Under the pieces are notes generated by a model. It did no database searches. It was not told where the DNA came from and worked only from the letters and a program-made list of their open reading frames with translations. Shown in pieces: positions 1-13,858 of a stretch of DNA of 64,000 nt. The position numbers and the translations under genes are program-made. Where the stretch lies: assembly GCF_006345805.1 (NCBI RefSeq), contig NC_043015.1, forward strand, positions 186,001 to 250,000. The letters run 5' to 3'. The DNA comes from Octopus sinensis. Taxonomy: Eukaryota. The number at the start of each line of letters is the position of its first letter. Position 1 is the stretch's first letter.

Positions 1-1288
1 AGGTGTTTCATTCTTTCCTTTACTCATGGATAATCGTCACTACAATTTCGAAGCTTTCACCTACTGCGATTATTGTTCTTACTACACAGGCTACAACATG
101 ATCTGTATAGTTAACACTAAGCAGTGTTCTAATCTTTATAAGGACAAACAAAAAAGTTATTCACGAGAATAATTTACAGTCTGTCATGGCTGTGAAGCAG
201 CGGTCAGCTCTTTTAAAGAAATGCCATAGCTCTAAGTTTGAAACTATATTAATGTCATAGCCACCAACCCTGCACGCACAGAGTTTATAGGATTCCAGAA
301 GCTTAATTCCGAATATATTCATTATAACAAGTGATATAACAGTTTACAACATTCACGCGGGACTTAGGAATGAAGTTTGGTCAAGATTACTGTTCATATT
401 CGAAGGAAAATATTATTGATCAGATAAGGGAATTAAATATCGATGACCGGTCTATCTTCACTCTGTGTGTAATGTTGAAAGGTTATAGAAACCTGGAACC
501 GAACTGTAAGTATTCAATGAAACCATATCTCATGTTACTTTTGAAAGGCATGCGCTGGTATCAACATCTGTGTAACTAGACGCGGCATTTGACGTGAAGA
601 CAACCAAGGTAATAATCTGCACTACTATTTTCCAGGTGAACAGTGAAACAGTGTCTTAATTAAAACACAGGTATAGACACAGAACCATAAGGAAAGTCTA
701 AAACTCATTTGAGTACTGCATGGTGTCAATCATCTAGCACTTACGAAACAGTAAAAGGAAAATTGTGTTCATTGCATATATACTTAAAAGTAAAAATAAC
801 ATATGAATGTAGTTGAAGAATTCCTGAATACGTATTTTTCTATGTGTATATCTTTCTTACAATCTCATTGTGGCTTTGCTTGTGTATCCTACTAAAACAC
901 CAATTTGGAAGAGAAATAAATATCATATCGACAAAATATCATGCATGGGCATATATCCCGTAAGGTAAAAGATATCAACACAATCGATCGAAGCAGATTT
1001 TTTTTTACTTGCTTCCTCGCTTCTTGCAATCTCATGAGGTTAGTCTTTTCTCTCTGTGTGTATATACATGTATGTATGTATGTATGTATGTATGTATGTA
1101 TGTATGTATATATGTATATATATATATATACGTTTAAATATTTGTTGTGCAAGATTTTTTATGTGAAGTCGTGTGTTGAAATAAGATTAAGATTAATGTA
1201 AAAAATAAATATCACTGAAGCAAAATAACACCAAATATATAGTGCGTGTGTTTTTATTGGCTAACTGGCAATATGCATTCCGAAATAT

Positions 1289-1348
<60 letters not shown>

Positions 1349-1541
1349 GAAAGAAAGTCAAGATAGAAAATGCTAATATAATATTTAAAAAAAGACATTT
1401 CAGCACCGGTTTCAGTCATTGAGACTTTTTCAACTGTAAGTATGGAAAACAATTAATTTTGCATAGTGTTCAAATACAATTGACATTTTCCTTGTTTCTG
1501 TCTAGCTGTTTACTCTTCTCGGTTCAAGGGCGTTGTGAATG

Positions 1542-1615
<74 letters not shown>

Positions 1616-1741
1616 TATAGTATGTATGTAGTAGATAGAGATATGTATATATATATAGATATGTATGTATGTAAATATATGTATATATGTATATATATAT
1701 ATATAAATATGTATACATATATATTAGAAACAGAGAAAGAG

Positions 1742-1792
<51 letters not shown>

Positions 1793-2829
1793 CATATTTA
1801 TATATATATATATGCGTGTGTAGATATATAGTGGCATATATACACATGCATTCATACATATACATGCATACGTTATCATATATGTATGTGTATGCAATTA
1901 GACACGCACACACATACACACTTATACACACATACACGCACATAAGCACGCACGTAGACACACAAATTCTCGCAAGTACACGCTCCTCTCTTTCCGGTGT
2001 TACAACGAGTCAGATGTCTATCACATGTCACGCTCTCGACAACAAACGAATCACCTCTCTCCACACAGCTGACACGCTCATAAAACAATGCGTCAGACGC
2101 TCGACCGCATGCTTGCCTTCTGATCATCATCATCATCAATAACACCATACCCCTAACACACAAGCACACACCCACACCATACACACCACCACCACCACCC
2201 CCACGTCTACCACCAAAGACACCATCATAGCCGCAACTGCAGGCACAGTATCTGCAACCACGACCAACAAAAACAACAATTACATCAACAGGGTATCTAG
2301 AGCCTGGTTGTCCGGCCTACAAGAAATAAGCACCAAATTCCATGAAATTACACAGTAACATTTTAGGACATAGAGATCACATCGGTCAATGTAATCTTAG
2401 ATACACTTAGCTGTTTAAAAAAGATAGCAGGATTGCGTAAGAATAGACTGCGTTTCGAGATTTGTTCGATGAGGGCGGTGATGAGACTAAAACGCAATAG
2501 AAAATAGTCGAAAGGGAGCCTCAACATGGGTTGCTGTAATGCTGGTAATAAATGCCAAATCCCATATCATATTACATTCTAGTGTCTTGAAAGGAAGGGC
2601 AGAATACGTCTATTAACGAAAAACACTAACAACCAACATCTAGAGTTAGTAATATAAAGTTTCTCATGCGATGTTCGAGCAAGTCAACCAATTTACCAAC
2701 AAGGGCTAACTGATACTTAATGGTATCAAGCGTAAAATTATAATAAACAAAGTGACGCCGATAGAACTCAGAACTGCGAAATAAATATCGCAATGTATTT
2801 TGTTCGACACTCTAACGAAACTCTTTTAG

Positions 2830-3340
2830 TTCGCGCTCCCAACTGCGGTCACCACATTGCGTAAAACTAAATGCGAAACTTGAGGCAATCCAGCGCCACT
2901 CCACAATGAAGACAGACTCAGTAAAACACATGAGGTACTGAGGAAGGTTAAAGGAACTGGGACTCTACACCCTAGAGAGGATACGTGGGAGATATGTAGT
3001 GCTATACATATGGAAAATAATGGAGGGTCTAGCTCCAAATTTTGGAATCGAAATCCACAACAATCCCCGAAATGGACAACACTGCACACTACTAAAGGTT
3101 CCATTCTCTCCATCGAGTATACGAAGCCAATACTGTATTCAAGGGACCACAATTTTAATGCCCTACCAGAGAACATCAGGGATCTGCGAGGAGTAGACAT
3201 GGAAATATTTAAAAGAAAATGTCTAGACATTTTTTATCTGAAATACAGGATGAACCCACATCGTAGCAGGAGGAACAAAGAAGAGTGGGAACTTCCAACT
3301 CGCTACTTCACCAGAAACTATACTAGAAAATTCCCCAGAT
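2830..3340 (+). mobile_element. Decayed 3' fragment of a CR1-group LINE ORF2
   Basis: Translates as SQLRSPHCVKLNAKLEAIQR...RLKELGLYTLERIRGRYVVLYIWKIMEGLAPN. This matches the CR1-type C-terminal pattern SQLWSP..LE.VQR..RL..L.LYSLERRR.RY..IY.WKI.EGL.PN. Contains stops and frameshifts. Confidence 0.8.
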
Positions 3341-4041
3341 GCAATAAAGGCGGTGCACCAGTATGAATTCAGCACCTGGCTGAAAACCGTAAAAGATAAA
3401 AGATAATACATACATACATACATACATACATACATACATACATACATACATACATACATAAATTCATACATACATACATACATACATACATACATACATA
3501 CATACATGTTCATACATACATGATGGCCGTCTACTTCTGACCATGATCCTATTCAGGGTTTCTATGACAGGTGCGAACGAAGAAGGAACACATAGTCAAA
3601 AATCTTGCATGAGATAGCAGTCTGTTAAGGCACACATGTTGCCAAGTGGCTATGTTAAAACATTTGAGATATTAAATGAAATCTATCATCTAAGTAAGCT
3701 CTATCAAGAATTGAACTCAGAACTTATACTTTCAGAACAAGAAGTGCAAGACATTCTATTCAATGCTCTAACCTCAATACGAATTCGTTAGAGTTCAATA
3801 AAGCTGCTAGAAACAAGAGCCAAATATGTCTCATAGCTTACTCGATCGTAGAGGATAGATATATTACGTCTAACAGAAAGAAAGTAAGCATTATGACATG
3901 ATGACCATGGATGGAACGTAGTTTTTATCATAGACCTGTCTGGTTGATGAGGTCTGGTCTGTTGTTATTATACAATGATAATAGTTATGGTGGTGCAAGT
4001 TTTTATCAGTCATCGTGTCACGTTAATATGATATTCAAGTC

Positions 4042-4441
4042 AAGGCTGCGAGCTCGCAGAAACGTTAGCACGCCGGGCGAAATGCGTACCCGCATTTCGT
4101 CTGCTGTTACGTTCTGAGTTCAAATTCTACCGAGGTCGACTTTGCCATTCATCATTTCGGGGTCGATTAAATAAGTACCAGTTACGCACTTGGGTAATGT
4201 AATCGACTTAATCCCTTTGTCTGCCCTTGTTTATCCCCTCTATGTTTAGCCCCTTGTGGGTAGTAAAGAAATAGGTATTTTGTCTGTCTTTACGTTCTGC
4301 GTTCAAATTCCGCCGAGGTCGACTTTACCTTTTATCCTTTCAGTTTCGATAAAGTACTAATTGCATACTGGGGTCGAGCTAATCGACTGACCCCACTCCC
4401 GAAAAACTTCGGGCCATGTGCCTCGAGTAGAAAAGAATATT
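4042..4441 (+). mobile_element. SINE family A, composite (unit 1 + restarted unit 2)
   Basis: tRNA-like head (AAGGC.GCGAGCT.GCAGAAACGTTAGCAC...GAGTTCAAATT) and body GAGGTCGACTTTGCC.TTCATC.TTTCGGGGTCGAT, repeated many times in the window. Confidence 0.9.
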
Positions 4442-4809
4442 GATATTCAAGTCCTTGTATTACCCTAACCCTAACCCTCACACGCCATTCTGTCTTCCTG
4501 TTAAGCGCTACGGCAAATGTCAACGAAGGAGCTTCGGCATAGTAACTTGATATACAAGAAAGAACAGCCAAACCTCAATCAAATCAGACCACACCCTGCT
4601 GTGTAAAAGAAAAACACGTTTAATTATGTGTTCCTGCACAGTATAATCGACGGAACGGTCACGAACCAGTTGTCCATTATTACAGTTCTGCTCGATCAGG
4701 ATTAAATTGGTATTAAAAAAAAACAACAAAAACTAAATCGACAATGTGATGTTTTTTGTTTCCATATATGTACATGTATGTATATGCGTGTGTGTGTCTG
4801 TATGAATAA

Positions 4810-4868
4810 GGATAATAATAATAATAATAATACTAATAAAATAATAATAATAATAATAAAATATAATG

Positions 4869-4905
<37 letters not shown>

Positions 4906-5223
4906 TGATGATGATGATGATGATAATAATAATAATAAAATAATAATAATAATAATAATGATAATAATAATAATAATAATAATGATAATAATGATATTAA
5001 TAATAATAATAATAATAATATTAATAATAATAATAATAATAATGATAATAATAATAATGATGATGATGATAATAATAATAAAAGTAATAATTATAATAGT
5101 ACTAATAATAATAATAATAATATTAATAATAATAATAACAACAATGATAATAATAATAATAATATATATGTATTTATATATACATATATATGTATATATA
5201 TATGTATAAATATATATATATAC

Positions 5224-5270
<47 letters not shown>
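4810..5270. repeat. Compound microsatellite (AAT)n/(GAT)n/(TA)n/(TG)n
   Basis: Directly visible; explains the poly-I/N/L ORFs. Confidence 0.97.
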
Positions 5271-5283
<13 letters not shown>

Positions 5284-6763
5284 ATCAGTGTACATGCGCG
5301 CGCTATGTTAATTGGAAACAGATTTCTATCGTTTGAGCGTGGGACATGAAAAAAACCCTCTGACATCACTGTTTCTATTGTATTTCCAACGTTGTAATAC
5401 TTCGACAGTTGGTCTATACTTAAAGCGACACTCCGAAACCACAGCTCTCGTGTTTACTTCATCTTCGTGAACATCATCAGCAACCGCACAGTACCCGTAA
5501 CAGCAGCGATAGCAGGTTATCAATTTGTAGGAACGTTTTAAGTTACCATGTGTATCTCATGTTGAACAGTTGTATCATGAATCACATGAAAACATATTGT
5601 TTTTGGTTTTAATTAATTCTTTAGTCACTCCGGGGTGCGTTATAAGGTCATTTAGCTCAGTTGAGTTTTTGAACATAGGTTTCGATTTCAAATCCCGTAT
5701 GGGTTAAGCTTAGCCATTCATCCTTTCCGGGGCCCGTCTTGGTAAAATGAAATGCTATTTAAAAAAAAGTATTTGGATCAAATAGGTAGATTATATCCGT
5801 CTTTAAAATTTGAGACGATGTCTAGATACCCGAATCGCCAGAATCTTTCAGGTTACTCAGTTTTAATGCTGCCGAGTCATAGCAGTAGCAGCATCAGCAG
5901 CGGCAGCAGCAGTAGCAGCAGTAGTAGTAGTAGTAGTAGTAGTAGTAAAAGCAGAAGCAGCTGAAGCAGCAATCAATATTTCTTTTATCCAAGCCCTTCA
6001 CACCTCTGCCACTAACTTCGATGAACAGAGTATTTACTGTACCAGGATACATACTTTGCAGTAATTGTTTCGACTGTTTTGGTGCCGAGTTCAAATATTC
6101 TGGAGGGCAGCTTCATTATATTCAACACAACACACACAATGCTGAACTGTCCACGAAGTCTCTGACTAGGTTTTCTTCAACCTACAATTGACTTTGTATC
6201 CATGATATACCTTCATCCATAATATACCTTTAACTGAGCAGCTGCCCATTGGTTCACCAGCTGAAGTAATATATTTGTGCTCTTCTGGTTGTTTTCTATT
6301 CTCCAGATAACTGACAGATGACTTAAATTCTCTCTATCCACTGGTGAATTGTCTAAAAGTAGTTATACTTCATTGAAAACATTTCTCAAGGCACTGTTCT
6401 TTTCTACAGCAGGGCGTAATGCTTGTAAACTAATATTTGCAATGGTTCGTAGGTATCGAAGCCTTTACATTTCAGCACCAAATCCTTTCGTATTGTTGTT
6501 GATCTAATCGACTGGCCCCCTCCCACCAAAATTTAGGGCCTTGTGCTTACAGTAGAAAAGAATATTGTACAAATTAAAGTGTTTATTAAACGTTACATAA
6601 ACTGTTTGCACTGCGCAGAATAAGTTGTGTCGGCTATTGCGCGTTCCTTATACTACAAAATTGTCATAATAGCGTTGTAGGCAAATTGAGCTAAGTCTGA
6701 TCATCGAATGAACTTTTAGATAGTGACTAATATAACGACAAACACGCTTGATGAAAAAGTATA

Positions 6764-7277
6764 TCTATATATATAAAACTCTAGTTGTGTGAGTGTCTGT
6801 CCCCTTCGATTTAGATTCCTAACTCCTCCCACATTTTGCGGTGCAGTTTAACCAAATTCGGGTATCTTATAGTCGTGATTTATATGGAGCCCGTCTAAGT
6901 ATTAGCGCGCGACTACGATGAGTCTACGATTTTAAAAATAATTTAACATCATTTTTTTATTCCATTTTAATGCATAATTTTTCGTGTGTCGATGGCGGCG
7001 GAGTTGGCGTCCATGGTCACACCTGCACCTGTTTGCTTCTCCCCCTTCTTCCCTCCCTCGTGAAGCTGTGGGGAAGGGAGTGTGAGGAAATCAACGCCGT
7101 AAAGCGTTGTCAAGGAGACCAGCGTTCTTTTAGAACAACGACTTCATGGCTTGAAGACACCAAAACAGAAATGGCTAAGAAAGCCCGAATTGGCATCTAT
7201 AAGGGAAGTAACTCTCTAAAAATGCTTATATAGTTATTTCCCTTACAAACCCGAGCAACGCCGGGCGATACTGCTAG
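6764..7277 (+). mobile_element. Non-autonomous Helitron, copy 1
   Basis: Starts A|TCTATATATATAAAA and ends with hairpin CCCGAGCAACGCCGGG followed by CTAG, the canonical Helitron termini. Confidence 0.85.
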
Positions 7278-7675
7278 TCTTTATATATAAAAGTCAAGTT
7301 GTGTGTCTGTCTCCTACGATTTAAATTCCTAACTACTCCCACATTTTGCGGTGCAGTTTAACCAAATTCGGGTATCTTATAGTCGTGATTCATAGCGAGC
7401 CCTTCTGCGTATTAACGCGCGTCTACGATGAGTCTACGATTTTAAAAATAATTTACCATCATTTTTTTCCATTTTAATGCATTTTTTCGCTATTATATAA
7501 GGGAAGTAACTCTCTAAAAATGTCTACGATGAGTCAACGATTTAAAAAAAAGTTTACCATCATTTTTTTTCCATTTTTAATGCATTTTTTTTCTATTTTT
7601 TGGCTATAACTCTCTAAAAATGCTTATATAGTTATTTTCCTTACAAACCCGAGCAACGCCGTGCGATACTACTAG
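7278..7675 (+). mobile_element. Non-autonomous Helitron, copy 2 (head-to-tail with copy 1)
   Basis: TCTTTATATATAAAA begins directly after the CTAG of copy 1; same body; ends CCCGAGCAACGCCGTG...CTAG|T. Confidence 0.85.
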
Positions 7676-7922
7676 TTCTCACTAAAAAGTGAATGAATAG
7701 AATTCGTTTAATGTAGAGATTTTTCCGCGTCAGCAAAAAATAGTAGTCTTATAAAGTCGTATGAGAAATAATGAAAGGAATGGCGGGGGTATGTCGAATT
7801 TTGGGAACTGTACAATGTATGATGAAATATTAAATGATTAAATTTAAGAACAGCCCCTAGCCAATCGATTTGTTGAGAAGTGTGCGGGAAAAAATTGGCT
7901 CTGTGTTGGGAAATACCAAAGT

Positions 7923-8272
7923 GGAGAGCTGGTAGAGTGTTTAGTACGTTGGGCGGAAATGCTTAGCGGTATTTCGCCTGCCGCTACGTTCTGAGTTCAA
8001 ATTCCGCCGAGGTCGACTTTGCCTTTCATCCTTTTGGGGTCGATAAATTAAGTACCAGCTACGCACCGGGGTCGATAAAATCGCCTTAATCCGTTTGTCT
8101 GTCCTTGGTTGTCTTCTCTGTCTTTAGACCCTTGTGGGTAGTAAAGAAATAGGTATTTGTTCCGTCTTTACGATCTGAGTTCAATTAAGTACCAGTTCAG
8201 TATTGGGATCGATATAATTGACAAATCCACTTCACTAAATTGCCGGCCGTGTGCTAAAATTTGAAACGAATA
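7923..8272 (+). mobile_element. SINE family A, composite
   Basis: Matches the 4042-4441 copy, including the restart after GAAATAGGTATT. Confidence 0.85.
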
Positions 8273-9275
8273 TGTTGAGAAATACTGAAAGAACAATATC
8301 AGGCGAAATAGTGCACGCACAACCAAGGTAGGTCAGAAGGAAAATATGAGTATTCAGGATACTTAATGTTGAGAATAATAAAAAGTTAGGTTGCATGGAG
8401 GGAAGGGGAAAGAGGGTACTTGGTGGTAAGAATATTTAGGATAATGAAAGCAAAATGTAAAAGGAAAGAGGAATTTAAGGACTTGGATTGGTGAGCTGTA
8501 ACCAATAAAAATATAAAAAGAATTGAGGCAGAAAAATGACGGAAGGTGTGACCTGGGTTATTAAGGTGTCACACCAAATGTATACAATATTTTAGCAATA
8601 AAATATGTTTTAATACTTATAAGTAGACATGCTTTTAGAATTCGAAAGAGTTTAAAATTACCTGAACCAAACATGAATACAAAAAAACTTAACCCTCTCC
8701 ACATATATCGTTGTATTAACGCGATTTTTAATCATTCAAAAGTTTTCCCATCCATATTCAGCAATTATTTAATTGGATTACATCGAGAATAATATCCATA
8801 AATGGTGTCATAATATTTTGCCCACATATTCTGTTTCAGTTAACTAATTCTATTTCTCTCGAAAGAGTTAGCATAGGTATATCTTACTATATAAAATCAG
8901 ACGAAAGTTCACCATATTTTTTTATCCAACAATGTCATTTCCTTCTTAATGCTAAGTCGGTTCTCTCAAGAGCATAACGGAATTTACTTTTACATAGAGA
9001 TGAAAATTCCGTTCGATTATTTTCGTCGCTAAATTTTTCAGTCCATATCACGAACTTATTATTCATAATTTGCGAGGGGAAATCTTTCTCTTCTTTTTAA
9101 GTATTAAACTATACATCATTTCTTAAGACAACTCCCTCCTCTGTTGTATTGAGAGAAATAGAGAGATAGATTGATAGAGATGTGTAGATATATACATACA
9201 TACATATGCATACATACATATATATATATATACATATATATGTGTGTGTGTGTGTGTGTGCGTGTGTGTGTATAT

Positions 9276-9436
9276 GCGTAGGAGTGGCTGTGTAGTAAGT
9301 AGCTTGCTTGCCAACTACATGGTTACGGGTTCAGTCCCACTGCGTGGGACCCTGGGCCGTGTCTTCTACTATAGTCTCGAGACGACCAAAGTCTTGTAAG
9401 TGGATTTGGTAGACAGAAACTGAAAGAAGCCCATCG

Positions 9437-9440
<4 letters not shown>
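9276..9440 (+). mobile_element. SINE family B, 5' half
   Basis: GCG.AGGAGTGGCTGTG..GTAAGTAGCTTGC head and GTGGATTTGGTAGAC.GAAACTGAAAGAAGCCC; matches the complete copy at 59537-59950. Confidence 0.85.
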
Positions 9441-9504
<64 letters not shown>

Positions 9505-10082
9505 TGTGAAATATTTTGTATAATATATATAAATAAATAAATGGTGTTAAACGCAGTTGTTATTCAAATTCTTTGACTTCCCACACATGTTTTGATGATA
9601 TCACTGATATAAAATGGTGTAAAACAATGTATTCTTCTCTTCAGATGTGTCGGAAGTAAAAGAATTTGAATATCACCTGCGTTTAAGTTCATATATATAT
9701 ACAAACATACACACGCACACACACAAACACACACGTATATATTCTACACTTCAGGAGTTGCACACACATTTGAAAATTTCCACTTGGTTTTAATTAATTC
9801 TATTTCATTAATATGTAAAACACGAAAAATCCACGTTGAATGCACGAAAGAACACAGCAAGTTAAGAATATATCACTTTTTTTTATTGTTCAGGAATTTG
9901 GCATCGTCCTAATCATCTGGTTTGTACCGTTCACAGAATCCATGGCAGAATGATGGCAGTATATAAGTGTATCTCTAACGCTATATTACGGTTCATCGAA
10001 GCGTAGAGCTGGAATAATCCATCTTTGGCAATGATATTCGGTAAGTCTCACATTTAATGCCTTTCTATGACTGAATCTATCC

Positions 10083-10147
<65 letters not shown>

Positions 10148-10264
10148 AATAAACAATATATATATACATATATATATATATATGTATATGTGTGTGTGTG
10201 TGTATGTATGTGTGTCTGTGTGAGTGTGCGCGCTCGTGTATATATGTGTGCATATATATATATA

Positions 10265-10460
10265 TTTCGTTTTAGGATTTGGTTTGCAAGATTCTTTATA
10301 TGAGTTCGTGCGTTGAAGCATATTCTGTTGTGTCTGGGGAGAGTCATTTTCTTTTTGTGCCTTACAATGTAACACACTCACCGGTAAAATTTCCACATAT
10401 ATTTCACTTTTTTATTCTCCTAAAATTTTCGTTGCGTCTTGCAACCTTTTCAATAGTCAA
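10265..10460. repeat. Dispersed repeat family Y (other copies at 58344-58450 and 61295-61434)
   Basis: Shared GTTGTGTCTGGGGA...ACAC.CACCGGTAAAATTTCC in all three copies; CCTAAAATTTTCGTTGCGTC.TGCAACCTTTTCAATAG shared with the 61 kb copy. Confidence 0.85.
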
Positions 10461-10827
10461 GAATATGAACACATTATATATACAGAGAGAGAGAGATGAA
10501 CATATGTATATGTATATATATATATTTATATACATGTATACATACGTAATATTGTGCGCGTATAATTTTGTTTCTATATCCTGTGGTGAGAAGATGTTAA
10601 GAAAACAGTTACTCTCATCTCTTCTACGTGAGTGAGTGCGCAGGGTTATGTGTGTAGCGGTGGGCGAGCTAGTGTCCTTGTAACTCTGTCCGCAAGTTTG
10701 TGAAGTTGTTTCAGGCATGTTCCATTGTTCATAACATATATAGAGACACAGACAAATGCATATATATATATGTGTGTGTGTATGTGTATCTGAGTGTGTG
10801 TGTTTGTGTGTGTATGTGTGTTGTGTA

Positions 10828-10887
<60 letters not shown>

Positions 10888-12612
10888 GCGTACATACATA
10901 TCTAGGCGCATATACATATCAAAGAAGGAAGCGAAGCTTGAAATTTATCATATTTTCTCGAAGTAGAAAAAGACAATGCCGCGATCTCGATAACATCTCA
11001 GCTTGTACTGGGTCTTTGAAACTTAGTGAATGATTGAAACGATACTGGTGTTATCGGGTACATTATGCAGGGCAATACATCTTACATGAGCCCAATACAG
11101 TGTCTCAAAAGCTATCATACGTGTACATAGAATAAGCAAAGAAACGTACAAACTCTCTTTCACAAGCACGCACATACACACATATGTGTATATATTTGTT
11201 AAAATATTCTGTTTTTTTCACAGGTTCTTTCACACCAACACTACATGTGTGTGTAAGCTAATAGATTTATATATAGTAAGAAAGATAAGTTAGCATATGT
11301 ATTCGTGTATATACAAGAATCAATTAATTAATGCTTTTTTTTTCTGTAAGTACTCGTTGGTGTACGTGAGTAGATACACACCCGTATGTATACATATAAA
11401 ACACAGACAAACATATGAAGATATAAGCATATAGGCAATTAGAATTTATCAGACAACGTTCATTCAAATGTCTATACATATTGTAATTTTTACAAGGCCC
11501 ACAGTTTGATGCTATGAGCAGAAATGTAATCTAAAGAAAAACGTATGTTTTTTGAATAACACTTTTGTACGTTAGCATTATCGATACAAACACAGAAATG
11601 TGCATACACACACATATATATATGTGTGTGTGTGTGCTCTATCTATGCGTGTGTATGTGTGTCCTGCGTGTGTGTTCTGTGTGTCTGAATGTTGAGAATG
11701 TTAAGAGATTTCACACGAAAGATTTCATACTAAAAACTAAAAGAAGAAAATGTTTTGAGAAATATTCGTAAATAAAAGAATGAAAATGCTTACATTTTAT
11801 GAAAATATGCTACCGGTTTCAATTATTTTTAAATACGTTATTCATGTTATACGAGAAGAATTTTTTTTTTTCTGCGAACTTAAAAAAGCGTGAATACATA
11901 ACTTTATCCTCTTCGGACTCAAATATATAAAGGAGAATTTTCTTGATATTATTCCAGGTTCACTGACCAGATGTCGGATGACAAGTAGCTTTTACCTTCT
12001 CCACACGTTATTTCAGGGAAAAATATATTATTTTGCACAAACCCAAAACAATTCACTGAGACCTGTGATCCTTTAAATCCTGTTTGTGAAACACTGATCA
12101 AATCTACACTAACATTCGGTACTTATTCGTTCAGAAGCACATGTACAAAACTATACAGCAGAACTGTGACAAGACATGATGCAGTCTGGACTGTCCAATT
12201 ATTTTACTTAAAAAATATTCCAACAAATGTAATATAGACCCAGAAAAACAACGCGTTTTTTTTGCGATTAGACATATATTAATGGAAATTGCATTAACGA
12301 ATCAAAATTATCCCTAGAATCCACCCTGTTGGTACTTTAATTCGGGGGATATATTTATAGAATATTCATTGCTTTTTCTAACTAATGAAAGGTTTAACTG
12401 GAAGCCAAATAAATGGTAAAACATAAAGAGTAGGGGCTGGCTTTCAGCCCATTCTTTTCTTGGTGTACTTGGGAGGAATTATATTTATATTTTTCATATA
12501 TAAACTTCATTATAGGTAAATCGGTTCTTCCATACTCATAGAACATGTGAAATATAATGAAAATAAGGATAATTAACTATATATATATATATATAATATA
12601 TTATATATATAT

Positions 12613-12666
<54 letters not shown>

Positions 12667-12722
12667 TTATATTTGAAATACGTCATATAAGTAAAGATTC
12701 ATCTATATACATATATATATGC

Positions 12723-12777
<55 letters not shown>

Positions 12778-12812
12778 GATGTGTATGTATATATATATAT
12801 TATATATATATA

Positions 12813-12853
<41 letters not shown>

Positions 12854-12952
12854 CAGATATATCTGTGGACACACCTACAAATACACAACACAGACATGCA
12901 CAGAAAATTATATATGTACATATACATACAAATATACATAGGTATATATATG

Positions 12953-12983
<31 letters not shown>

Positions 12984-13017
12984 ACATTATATATAATATA
13001 TATTATATATATATAAT

Positions 13018-13072
<55 letters not shown>

Positions 13073-13466
13073 TATATATACATACATATACATATACACA
13101 TACATAGATAGATTTCTTCGGGAAGATTGCTTCAGTGTTTTGGTAATGTATGTGCGCGTGCATACCTATGCATGTGTGTATGTTTGTGTAATTCATATTA
13201 TTTCAATGAAGTAATTATTATTATAGTGAGACAATGACAAGTATGAGATAATTACGTACGGAGGCAAACATGAATAATATTTATCGGTAAGAAAAACAGT
13301 GCCAATAAAAGATCTATTATATCGTGTTATTTGCTGACGAAATATCACATACAATAAGCAATCAAACGAATGATGATATCACACAACGCTAAACGTAGAT
13401 TAATCATAGCAAGTTTATCGATCCACGTATGTACGTATATATCTATATATCAGTATCTATATCTCG

Positions 13467-13520
<54 letters not shown>

Positions 13521-13628
13521 CTATCTATCTATCTATCTATCTGTCTGTCTGTCTGTCTGTCTGTATGTCTGTCTGTCTATCTATCTCTCTCTCCCTCTCT
13601 CTCTCTTTGTAATTATATATATATATAT

Positions 13629-13669
<41 letters not shown>

Positions 13670-13811
13670 CAACAGAGAGATAGAGAGACAGGTAGATAGA
13701 TAGATATACTTACATGCATATATTTGCGTATGTGTGGGCGCGTTCGCGAGTGCGTGTGTGTGTGTATGTATGTTGGCTTCTGGGTGCGTAAGCATACGCA
13801 TATATATACAT

Positions 13812-13858
<47 letters not shown>

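Noticed and set aside
370-579. 69-aa ORF with a GTAAGT donor-like site near 506
   Set aside because: No recognisable domain and only a weak acceptor; insufficient support.
4461-4478. Telomere-like (TAACCC)n
   Set aside because: Only about three units; compatible with chance or a tiny microsatellite.
5326-5523. Protein-like minus-strand ORF (ADDVHEDEVNTRAVVSECRF)
   Set aside because: Short, with no motif or splice support.
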